A stretch of DNA of 25,914 nucleotides from a virus. Its lineage: Duplodnaviria > Caudoviricetes. The position numbers were made by a program, and so were the translations under genes. A model generated the notes under the pieces. That model ran no database searches. It saw only the letters and a list, made by a program, of their open reading frames with translations, and had not been told where the DNA came from. The DNA is taken from IMG/VR virus record IMGVR_UViG_3300029787_004006, positions 1 through 25,914 of that record; one strand, 5' to 3'. Positions 8,186 through 16,906 of this stretch are shown here, piece by piece (the stretch's first letter is position 1; each line of letters starts with the position of its first letter).

Positions 8186-8487
8186 ACAAATGTTTTTTTC
8201 TAGGTAGGATCGTATCTGATTTTGAGTTTGAAGAATTTTCAAAAACTTGCAGAATAATATTCTATCTTAGTATTGAAGAAAAAAGAAAGACCAAAAGTGG
8301 TAAATCTAAAATTATGAACAATACTTTAGCATTTGAAGCTTGGGACACAGCCGCCACCGCTATAAGAGATAACATCCAAGAAGATGATACAATGATCATT
8401 GAGGCCGCCGCTAGAACTCATAGCGGATATCCGCATGATGAAACGTTTTTTAGAGTCACCAATTTTAAAATATTTCCATCGGAATAA
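8182..8487 (+). CDS. ssb: Single-stranded DNA-binding protein, OB fold only
   Basis: MNKCFFLGRIVSD resembles SSB MNkv.LiGrL..D, and FEAWDTAA resembles v..Wg..Ae. Lies in the replication module. Confidence 0.65.
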   Translation: MNKCFFLGRIVSDFEFEEFSKTCRIIFYLSIEEKRKTKSGKSKIMNNTLAFEAWDTAATAIRDNIQEDDTMIIEAAARTHSGYPHDETFFRVTNFKIFPSE

Positions 8488-8491
8488 TTGA

Positions 8492-10138
8492 ATGAAGAAA
8501 AAAATACTTTTTTGCACAGAAGCTTCTTGGTATGCCACAGGATATTCTGTATATACTAAAGAAGTCTTGTCTAGACTATCTCAAATAGACGAGTTTGAAA
8601 TAGCTGAACTAGGTTGCTATGCGCAAACGTCTGATGCACAAGATAAAAATTTACCTTGGAAATTCTACGGAAATAAGCCTTCACCGGATAGTCCAGAATA
8701 TAAGGGGTATCAGGGTAATCCTAGCGCTCAGTTTGGAGATCAGTCTTTTAATTCTGTTTTGTTAGACTTCAAACCAGATATCGTCATGGATATTAGAGAT
8801 TGGTGGATGATGGAGTTTGAGCAACGTTCTCCGTTTAGAGACTTCTTCCATTGGGCAATTATGCCAACCGTTGACGCTACGCCACAAGCGGATCAATGGA
8901 TTAATACATACGCCTCTGCGGATTCTGTCTTTGCGTATTCTGAGTTTGGTAGAGACACAATGCTCCAACAATGCGATGATATAAATTTTGTGGATATAGC
9001 GTCACCAGCAGCAAGCGTATGCTTTTCTCCCCCTCAAGATAAAGCCGCGCACAAAGTTGCGATGGGTGTTTCTCCTGAGTGTTTTATTATTGGGACAGTG
9101 ATGAGAAACCAAAAAAGAAAACTATATCCAGACTTGATGCAGTCGTTTAGAAAATTTCTTGACGAAACACAAGATCCTAACGCATTTTTATATTGTCACA
9201 CGTATTATCCAGATGTGGGATGGGATTTGCCTAAATTGATTCATCAAAGCGGACTATCCAGCAGGGTTTTAATGACGTATAAGTGCAAAACCTGTGGAAA
9301 AGTTTCCGTAGACTTCTTTCAAAACTCTATACAAAACTGTCCGCATTGCAATTCGCTAACTAATCATATGGTAGGTATAGCAAACCCTATATCAGACGAA
9401 GAGTTGGCAAATGTTTATAAGTGTTTTGATGTTTATGTTCAGTATGCAAACAGCGAAGGCTTTGGTATGCCGCAGTTAGAGGCGGCTAATTCAGCCCTAC
9501 CAGTAATATCTGTAGATTATTCTGCTATGTCTTCAGTCGTAAAAAATATTGGAGGTTTTGGTGTAATTCCAAGCTCTTATTACGTAGAGTGTGAAACAGG
9601 CTGTAAAAGAGCAATCCCTAACAACGAAGCATTTATCAATTTGTTAAAACAATTGCACGAAAAAAAGGATTTACTACCAGAAATAGGCGCTAACATTAGG
9701 GCTAATGCTTTAGAAAATTATAGTTGGGACAAAGCCGCTGACGCTTGGGCGAAACATTTCAAAACAATAGAACCAAAAGATCCCTCAACAACTTGGTATT
9801 CACCACCAAAGATATTTCAACCTGCCCAAAGTCTTCCGCAGGGATTAACCTCCACTACAGATGCTGTTAATTTTATATTTACCGACATACTTCACAAGCC
9901 TGAGTGGATTGGTGGATACTTGTGGAAAAGAGTTTTAAGAGATGTGTCTTTTGGCTACAGATGTGAAAACATGGACAAACAGTTTTACTTTAACGAGTCA
10001 CATGTAAAAAGCCAAACTAGCAATACACCATTTTCTATCGAGCAAGCTTGCGAAGAAATGGCTAATTTTAGAAATCAACTAAACAACTGGGAAAATATTA
10101 GAGTTCAAAAAATTCAACAAGAAATGAGCAGTAAATGA
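8492..10138 (+). CDS. GT4 (GT-B) glycosyltransferase with a zinc-ribbon insertion
   Basis: KKILF...TGYS N-terminus, VMRNQKRK, EX7E motif EGFGMPQLE, YSWD. Internal CKTC-x14-CPHC. Confidence 0.85.
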   Translation: MKKKILFCTEASWYATGYSVYTKEVLSRLSQIDEFEIAELGCYAQTSDAQDKNLPWKFYGNKPSPDSPEYKGYQGNPSAQFGDQSFNSVLLDFKPDIVMDIRDWWMMEFEQRSPFRDFFHWAIMPTVDATPQADQWINTYASADSVFAYSEFGRDTMLQQCDDINFVDIASPAASVCFSPPQDKAAHKVAMGVSPECFIIGTVMRNQKRKLYPDLMQSFRKFLDETQDPNAFLYCHTYYPDVGWDLPKLIHQSGLSSRVLMTYKCKTCGKVSVDFFQNSIQNCPHCNSLTNHMVGIANPISDEELANVYKCFDVYVQYANSEGFGMPQLEAANSALPVISVDYSAMSSVVKNIGGFGVIPSSYYVECETGCKRAIPNNEAFINLLKQLHEKKDLLPEIGANIRANALENYSWDKAADAWAKHFKTIEPKDPSTTWYSPPKIFQPAQSLPQGLTSTTDAVNFIFTDILHKPEWIGGYLWKRVLRDVSFGYRCENMDKQFYFNESHVKSQTSNTPFSIEQACEEMANFRNQLNNWENIRVQKIQQEMSSK

Positions 10139-11229
10139 AAGTCTTATACATAGGAAATTATAAAGACGGAACTGGCTGGGCTAACGCTTGTATAAACAAT
10201 ATACTTGCGCTAGACGCTGCTGGTGTAGAAGTTGTTCCTCGTCCCATAACTTTTAATAATTCCACGGGAAGCTGCCCGGAAAGAATACTAGAGCTTGAAG
10301 ACAACTCAGAAGTTGGATGCGATATTTGTATTCAGCATACACTTCCACACTTATATTCTTACAATTCAAAATTTAAAAACATAGGATTTGTAGCTACAGA
10401 GACTAGCAACTTTATAGAAAGCTCTTGGCAGCACCATGCCAATTTGATGGATGAAATTTGGGTTCCTACAGAGTCCTGTAGAAGCGCATGTATACAAAGT
10501 GGAGTTACGAAAGAAGTTAAAGTAGCTCCGCATTCTTTAGACATGTCTAAATATAATGAAGTAAAATATTTAAATCAGGGATCTAAAGTAGAAAATCTTT
10601 TACACACTTTTAATTTTGCTTTTATTGGTGAGTTTGTAGAGAGGAAAAATATACAAGCTCTAGTAAAGGCTTTTCACATAGAATTTGAACCGGATGAACC
10701 GGTAAACCTATACATTAAAACTTCTCAACAAAGTTTAGACTATGTTCAAGATTATTTCAAACAAATTAAAGCGGGATTAAAACTTAGAAAGGATTACAAA
10801 GAAGAAATCGTCATATGCGGTCAATTATCTAAAGATGATTACGTATCTGTTCTTGCGCAATGTCATTCGTTTGTCATGCCTAGTCGCGGCGAAGGCTTTT
10901 GTATTCCGGCACTTGAGGCGATGTCTATGGGGATTCCTGTGATTTACACAGAAGGCACTGGTATGGATGATTTCTGTTCTGGATCTGCCGTGCGTTCATC
11001 GGAAGTTCCGTGTTTTGGAGCTATTTCAACGATGGACTATCTTTACACCGCTAATGAAAAGTGGAGAGAAATTGACTTAGAAAATTTAATGGTTTCCATG
11101 CGTGAAATGTTTATGAAATGGAAGACAGAAATAGCTACAGAAGAAAGCCGACAAGCTTTGGAAAAATCAAAAGAGTTTTCGCACGAAAAAGTAGGATTGA
11201 AGCTGAAGGAGATTTTAAATGACAGCTAA
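10135..11229 (+). CDS. GT4 glycosyltransferase
   Basis: TGWA N-terminus, DEIWVP, FIGEFVERKN, PSRGEGFCIPALEAMSMGIPVI. Confidence 0.88.
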   Translation: MKVLYIGNYKDGTGWANACINNILALDAAGVEVVPRPITFNNSTGSCPERILELEDNSEVGCDICIQHTLPHLYSYNSKFKNIGFVATETSNFIESSWQHHANLMDEIWVPTESCRSACIQSGVTKEVKVAPHSLDMSKYNEVKYLNQGSKVENLLHTFNFAFIGEFVERKNIQALVKAFHIEFEPDEPVNLYIKTSQQSLDYVQDYFKQIKAGLKLRKDYKEEIVICGQLSKDDYVSVLAQCHSFVMPSRGEGFCIPALEAMSMGIPVIYTEGTGMDDFCSGSAVRSSEVPCFGAISTMDYLYTANEKWREIDLENLMVSMREMFMKWKTEIATEESRQALEKSKEFSHEKVGLKLKEILNDS

Positions 11230-12250
11230 CGCGACAAAAAGAAGTATTAGAAATATAATGCGTAGATCTAATCCTCCAGAAAAACTTAACATCTTAACTT
11301 TTCCAACTCATGAAAGATATGAGGATAATCTTTGTAAGACTGGTCACAATTTCTATTCTTTAACGGTTTTACCGGGGAAAGAATGGGATCAAGATTATGC
11401 GAAAGCTCCAGATAATTATACAATATTTCACAAAATACCAGACAATGTTGAGTTTGATTTAATTTTAGCTCATTCTTCTTGCAACAGACTTCAAATAGCA
11501 CATGACTATTTATCTTCTACGCAAGGGGCAACAACTAACATGTGTCACATTCCCATATTAAGGCACTGTCATGTTTTGCCAGACGTGAGGTTTGATGTAA
11601 ATACACAGATACAAGCTTATAGTTCTATACCTATTGGAGAAAACTCCTTCATATCAAAGTATAATATGAATGCTTGGGGATATTCTGACGATAATTCAAG
11701 TGTCGTAGAACATGGAGTAGATATAGATTTCTGGAAGCCTGATGAAAATATAGACAGAGATAATGCCTGTCTTTCTGTTGTGAATGATTGGCCTAATAGA
11801 GATTGGTGCTGCGGATATAATCTGTGGCAACAAACAGTTCAAGGTCTTCCGATTAAAGTTTTTGGTAAAAGTCCCGGAATTTCTGAGCCTGCTAGTTCCA
11901 CAGAGCATTTGCGAGAAATATATCAATCTTCAAGAATATTTTATAATACATCTTTACATTCTCCAGTTCCTACTGTATTATTAGAGGCTATGGCTTGCGG
12001 TTGCGCTATTGTTTCTACTGCGAATTGTATGATACCAGAAATAATTGAGAACGGCAAAAACGGATTGATATCAAACGATCCGAAAGAGTTGCGCGGATTC
12101 CTACAACTTCTTCTTAAAGACGAAGATTTGGCAAAAGAGCTAGGAGACAATGCCAGAAAAACCATAGTAGAAAAATATAATCTAGAAACGTTTGTAGATA
12201 ATTGGAACAATCTACTTCACTCTACAGTAAATAATTACAGGAACAAATAA
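11219..12250 (+). CDS. GT4-like glycosyltransferase (first Glu of EX7E replaced by Ser)
   Basis: VEHGVDIDFW, SPVPTVLLEAMACGCAIVST, PEIIENGKNGLI, LGDNARKTI. Confidence 0.82.
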   Translation: MTANATKRSIRNIMRRSNPPEKLNILTFPTHERYEDNLCKTGHNFYSLTVLPGKEWDQDYAKAPDNYTIFHKIPDNVEFDLILAHSSCNRLQIAHDYLSSTQGATTNMCHIPILRHCHVLPDVRFDVNTQIQAYSSIPIGENSFISKYNMNAWGYSDDNSSVVEHGVDIDFWKPDENIDRDNACLSVVNDWPNRDWCCGYNLWQQTVQGLPIKVFGKSPGISEPASSTEHLREIYQSSRIFYNTSLHSPVPTVLLEAMACGCAIVSTANCMIPEIIENGKNGLISNDPKELRGFLQLLLKDEDLAKELGDNARKTIVEKYNLETFVDNWNNLLHSTVNNYRNK

Positions 12251-12666
12251 TGAAAGTATACTTGTCAACCAAAGACTCGCCAGATTCTTCATTTAAGCAC
12301 TGCTCTAATCTAGCAGCTTATGATAGAATGTTTTCAGATAGTGAAATCACGCTATTGACAGTTGATTGTTTTCTTTCTTCGTTTTCTTTTATAGAATTAC
12401 AAGAGGCGATGAAAGAGGTATTAAAAAAGTGCAGAATCGGATGTAATGTAACTATAATTGAGCCTGACTGCAATATTTTATTTAGAATGTATACAAGAGA
12501 AGATATTGATTTAAATTATTTTAATGAAGTGTTTTTTGAAAGCTCAAAAAAATCAATAATGAATATGACTAAATTAGAGTCAATGATCCCAGAAAATTTT
12601 GAAGTGCAAGAAAAATATATCTCTGAATCTTCTATGTCTGTTTTAAAAATAAGGAGAGCGAGATGA
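12250..12666 (+). CDS. Degenerate class I methyltransferase-like protein
   Basis: Spacing pattern FSDSEI...CFLSSF...EVLKKCRIGCNVTIIEPD resembles F.D.SVD.I...H.LEH...E..RVLKPGG...I.VPD, but there is no GxG SAM motif. Confidence 0.45.
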   Translation: MKVYLSTKDSPDSSFKHCSNLAAYDRMFSDSEITLLTVDCFLSSFSFIELQEAMKEVLKKCRIGCNVTIIEPDCNILFRMYTREDIDLNYFNEVFFESSKKSIMNMTKLESMIPENFEVQEKYISESSMSVLKIRRAR

Positions 12667-13478
12667 AAGCCCAAACATCGTGCAAGGATTGCGTTTTTGC
12701 CGTAAAGGAAGACGAATCACAAGTTGGCTGCGAATTGTACAGATCTGAAAAGCTAGGCATTAGTGACGTAGAAGATGGCAATTATATATTAGATAGATTC
12801 TGCAATACTTACAGACCTGAAGAGTGGCTTTCTGATTTGTCTCTTGAAGAATATAAGAAGCGACATCAAGTAGCGATCAAGGAAGTTGTGCCTAGAATTG
12901 GATTTTTGGTCCTGCTAGATACTTCTAAAGACACTCCTGAAAAACTAGTCGCTATCGAGGATCTCAGAAAAACTATTTCAGACATCAAAAATCAAACCCT
13001 ACACCAAGCTAGATATGTAATTGTTGCTACAGACAAAACTGAATACAACGAAGAGATACAACAACTTCTTGTAACTGAGTTTGATCACGATACAACATTG
13101 CATCACCTAGTTAAAGTCTCGCAAATACCAGAAAACAAAATGCTTCTCGTTGATGAATGCTTTAGACACGCTAAAAACGGCTGGATATACACAACTACCT
13201 CTGGAGAAAGTATTGATCAAGAACTGATTGAGAAAATTAATCAAAGAATAAATATAGATATGAAAAGATTGTCGGTTGTAAAGCCTTACGATGATTTTAA
13301 CGGCCTTTTATTTATTACGGCTTTGTTTAAATTTTTAAATGGCAACCATAAAAAAGCTTACGAGATGGAAGATGGCGAATTATACTTTGATTCAAGACCA
13401 TTTCTAGAGAAAATAGAAGATATGAAGGATGAAACAGGAGAAACACTAATTACTTGGGAGGAATTTAATGCTTCCTAA
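12663..13478 (+). CDS. Hypothetical protein: N-terminal Cys-rich domain plus degenerate GT2-like fold
   Basis: CKDC...GC...FC at the N-terminus. PRIGFLV...LRKTISDIKNQT...VIVATD...AKNGWIY echoes the GT2 N-terminal pattern, but the DxD motif is absent. Confidence 0.5.
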   Translation: MKAQTSCKDCVFAVKEDESQVGCELYRSEKLGISDVEDGNYILDRFCNTYRPEEWLSDLSLEEYKKRHQVAIKEVVPRIGFLVLLDTSKDTPEKLVAIEDLRKTISDIKNQTLHQARYVIVATDKTEYNEEIQQLLVTEFDHDTTLHHLVKVSQIPENKMLLVDECFRHAKNGWIYTTTSGESIDQELIEKINQRINIDMKRLSVVKPYDDFNGLLFITALFKFLNGNHKKAYEMEDGELYFDSRPFLEKIEDMKDETGETLITWEEFNAS

Positions 13479-14202
13479 AGTTGCAATTGTATGCGCCAAC
13501 TATAACTACGGAAGGTTTATTGTTGAGGGCATGAAAAGTATACAAAGACAAACCTATAAAGGTGAGATAAAACTTTATATTGTAGATGACGGATCTTCTG
13601 ATGACTCTTGGGAGAAGATATCAGAATTTGCAGCGGAAAATCCTGATTTTGTTTCTGCTCAAAGAATAGAAAATTCAGGCGCTAGTGTGGCCCGTAATAC
13701 CGCGCTAGCTGCGGCTTGGGAATGGGGCGATATATTTGGCATCTTGGATGCTGACGACTCTTACAAGCCAAACAAGGTTGAAAAGCTAGTAGAAAAACTG
13801 ATGGAGTATCAAGAAATTGGAGTTGCTTACGGTGACTATGATATTCACAGAGAGTATGGAGATAAGCATTACGTAAAATACGAAGCAAAGAGTCCGTATT
13901 GTAGAAAAGAGCTTTCTGTAAGATGTATGGTCCACAGCAACGCGCTCATCAAAAAAGAATATTTGGAAAAGGTTATTCTTCCTAATGGAGAAATTTTTGA
14001 TAGCAGATTGCATGGTCCTGCTAGTCAGGGTTTTATAGGCTGCACAGAAGATTATGACTTGTGGCTAAGGTTATCATATCATTGCATTATGTGCCATGTT
14101 CCAGAGTCTCTTTCTATTGTAAACGAAAGCGGGCAAAATCAGTCTATGAAAATGACGCCAGAAATTTTCCAACAACAGGCCCAAATCTTAGGTAGTCGCT
14201 AG
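13468..14202 (+). CDS. GT2 family glycosyltransferase
   Basis: PKVAIVCANYNY, VDDGSSDDS, GASVARN, LDADD, EDYDLWLRL. Confidence 0.92.
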   Translation: MLPKVAIVCANYNYGRFIVEGMKSIQRQTYKGEIKLYIVDDGSSDDSWEKISEFAAENPDFVSAQRIENSGASVARNTALAAAWEWGDIFGILDADDSYKPNKVEKLVEKLMEYQEIGVAYGDYDIHREYGDKHYVKYEAKSPYCRKELSVRCMVHSNALIKKEYLEKVILPNGEIFDSRLHGPASQGFIGCTEDYDLWLRLSYHCIMCHVPESLSIVNESGQNQSMKMTPEIFQQQAQILGSR

Positions 14203-14930
14203 TGGGTAGATTTACTAGACAAATTACAGCTTCCATAAAAGCTAATAACAACAAGAACGACATGACAATAATCATATTGTCTGCCGGTATTGGTGGTAGA
14301 ATAAAATCAAACGAGCCTCGTAGCTTGATAAAGATCGGCACAAAAACATTGATAGAGCATCAAATTGATGTAATCAACAATAATATTGATAATCAAGAAA
14401 TTATTGGAGTTTTTGGCTACGCTATTGAAAAGATTATAAAAAAGATATCTGGAAAGTTAAGAGTAGTAGAAAACCAAGTATATAATGAGACTAATAATTC
14501 AGAAAGTCTGAGACTTGCGGTAAACAATACTAATAAAAAGAATATTCTGTTTTTTCATGGGGACTTGTATTTTAATGACAAGGTTCTATCAAATCTTAAC
14601 TTTAAAAAATCTTTCTTATTGGTTGACAATAAAGGTATGATAAAACCTAAAGAAATAGGTGTGACAATACAAAACAATAAAGCTACAATGCTATCCTATG
14701 GATTACCTACTAAGTGGTGTCAACTAGCATTTATTACAGGCAAAGAACTAAAAATACTTAAAAATATATTATATAAACTTCAGGGCAGTCAGAAAAAACT
14801 TTTGTCTTTTGAAATTATAAATAAGATGATTTCTATGGGCGCAAATTTTGAATGCTATGAACCAAAAGACATGTCAATTATAGAAATAGACTGTATAAAG
14901 GATTTGAAGAATGAAAATTTTAATTTCTAG
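14202..14930 (+). CDS. LicC-like sugar/choline/phosphonate nucleotidyltransferase (NTP_transferase fold)
   Basis: IILSAGIGGR...PRSL, NNSESL, HGDLYF, EIDCIKDL. GTG start is coupled to the upstream TAG; ATG 14262 is an alternative start. Confidence 0.75.
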   Translation: MGRFTRQITASIKANNNKNDMTIIILSAGIGGRIKSNEPRSLIKIGTKTLIEHQIDVINNNIDNQEIIGVFGYAIEKIIKKISGKLRVVENQVYNETNNSESLRLAVNNTNKKNILFFHGDLYFNDKVLSNLNFKKSFLLVDNKGMIKPKEIGVTIQNNKATMLSYGLPTKWCQLAFITGKELKILKNILYKLQGSQKKLLSFEIINKMISMGANFECYEPKDMSIIEIDCIKDLKNENFNF

Positions 14931-15954
14931 CGATGGTCGCCATGCCCATTACTTTCAAAGGATGGCTTGGGCCAACGCTTTTGTTGCTACAGGACATCAA
15001 GTTATGGTGTGGGACTGCAAAACAGTTCCGGCTTTTGATATGTTTGATACGTTTGAGCCTGATGTATTTTTGGGTCAAGCCTACAATCTAGACGAAGCAC
15101 TGATAAAGTGTATCTATGAAAGGCCACATCTAAAGATAGCACTACGCGCTGGTGATTGGGGCGATCAGGAAAAAGAAGTAGACAAATCAAAGCACAATAT
15201 TTTGTTTTGCTCTAAGAGAGAAAAAGAACTACTTAAAAAGCTTAAAGATGAAACAGGAAAACCAGACTTTGTTCATATTCATTATAGCGATGACGACATT
15301 AAAAGAACTCATAACTATTTTGAGACAATCGGAATCAAGCCGGTTTCGTTGATGATGTGCGCTGATACGGCGGTCTACGGCGGCGCTCAGGTTGATCCAA
15401 AGCTAGCGTGTGATATTGGTTTTGTGGGCGGTTACTGGCCTTACAAGGGTCAAGTTATTGATCGCTATCTGACCCCACTTCTACACCCTCTTGATCGTTA
15501 CAATGTAAAAATATTTGGTAATCAAGTATGGGGTGTGAATCAGTATTGTGGCCTTATAGATGATCACGATGTCAAGAATTTGTTTGTTTCTGCCAAGATA
15601 TGTCCAAATTTAAGCGAGCCTCATGCTCAGGTATATGGTATAGATGTAAATGAAAGAATATTTAAAATTCTGTATGCGGGTGGCTTCTGTATTAGTGATA
15701 ATGTAGAAGCATACAAGATGTTTGGTGATGGTATTGTAATTGCAGATTCTCCAGATGATTTTAGAGATAAAATTGAACACTACAAAAATGCCGCCGATGA
15801 AAGAAGTCTATATGCGAAGCGGGGTCAAAAGTTTGTTGCGGAAAACCATACAGGCTTTCATAGAATTGCAACAATTATGAAAGAGTTTGGTTATGAAGAT
15901 TTGTCTTTTGGTATTTTGAAAGCTTATAAGGATGCGCTAAATGAGCAAAAGTAA
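14911..15954 (+). CDS. CgeB-like (Glyco_trans_1_2) glycosyltransferase
   Basis: DIGFVGG, IFGNQVW, SAKICPN, NERIFKILYAGGFCISD, GQKFVAENHT...R. Confidence 0.75.
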   Translation: MKILISSDGRHAHYFQRMAWANAFVATGHQVMVWDCKTVPAFDMFDTFEPDVFLGQAYNLDEALIKCIYERPHLKIALRAGDWGDQEKEVDKSKHNILFCSKREKELLKKLKDETGKPDFVHIHYSDDDIKRTHNYFETIGIKPVSLMMCADTAVYGGAQVDPKLACDIGFVGGYWPYKGQVIDRYLTPLLHPLDRYNVKIFGNQVWGVNQYCGLIDDHDVKNLFVSAKICPNLSEPHAQVYGIDVNERIFKILYAGGFCISDNVEAYKMFGDGIVIADSPDDFRDKIEHYKNAADERSLYAKRGQKFVAENHTGFHRIATIMKEFGYEDLSFGILKAYKDALNEQK

Positions 15955-16906
15955 AGTTATTATTACGGGTGGTAGCGGTTTTCTTGGAAAGGCCGTAAAC
16001 AAGACGCTAAAAGACAATTTATTTTATGATGTTGTATCTCTTGGCGGTAAAAGAGAGTACGATCTAACAAACCAAAAACAAGTTGACTATCTTTACAAAG
16101 AACATGAGCCAGATGTGATTGTACATCTAGCTGCTAGAGTTGGCGGGATTGGTGCAAACAAGGACAATCCGGGCTTGTTTATGTATGAAAACTTGGTTAT
16201 GGGTATGAATCTCATAGAAACAGCCAGAAAGTATGGCAAACTTCAAAAGTTTGTTATGGTCGGCACTGTTTGCGCCTATCCTAAATTTACACCTGTTCCG
16301 TTTAAAGAAGATGATATTTGGAATGGCTATCCTGAAGAAACAAACGCGCCTTACGGAGTTGCTAAAAAGGCTTTGATGGAGATGTTGATTGCATACAACG
16401 CCCAATATGGTCTTAACTGCACGAATCTTATCCCTGTAAATATGTATGGGCCGCATGATAATTTCCATCCCGCTATTAGTCACGTTATACCCGCGATTAT
16501 ATTAAAGATTGATAAAGCTATTGACAGCGGTGAAACAGAAGTCAATCTATGGGGAACGGGAGAGGCTAGCAGAGAGTTTCTTTATGTGGATGATTGCGCC
16601 GCAGCTATTAAAAAGGCGGTAGAAATAGACACAACGCCACACCCAATAAATGTGGGAACAGGTCAGGAGTGTACTATTTCTATACTGGCACACAAAATAG
16701 CTGATATGATGAATTTCAAAGGCGATATTGTCTTTAATTCTAACGGTATGGACGGTCAGCCAAGAAGATGTCTGGACACATCCAGAGCAACCAAAGTGCT
16801 AGGATTTGAGGCCAAAACAGGATTAGATAGAGGGCTACACGATACAGTAAGTTGGTACTACAAGAACAAGGAAAAGTTTGTTGATTACTTCGATCATATT
16901 CAGTAA
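15941..16906 (+). CDS. fcl: GDP-L-fucose synthase (GDP-4-keto-6-deoxymannose epimerase/reductase)
   Basis: TGGSGFLG, HLAARVGGIGAN, GTVCAYPK, YGVAKK, NMYGPHDNF, SHVIPA, WGTGEASREFLYVDD, DGQPRR. Confidence 0.95.
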   Translation: MSKSKVIITGGSGFLGKAVNKTLKDNLFYDVVSLGGKREYDLTNQKQVDYLYKEHEPDVIVHLAARVGGIGANKDNPGLFMYENLVMGMNLIETARKYGKLQKFVMVGTVCAYPKFTPVPFKEDDIWNGYPEETNAPYGVAKKALMEMLIAYNAQYGLNCTNLIPVNMYGPHDNFHPAISHVIPAIILKIDKAIDSGETEVNLWGTGEASREFLYVDDCAAAIKKAVEIDTTPHPINVGTGQECTISILAHKIADMMNFKGDIVFNSNGMDGQPRRCLDTSRATKVLGFEAKTGLDRGLHDTVSWYYKNKEKFVDYFDHIQ

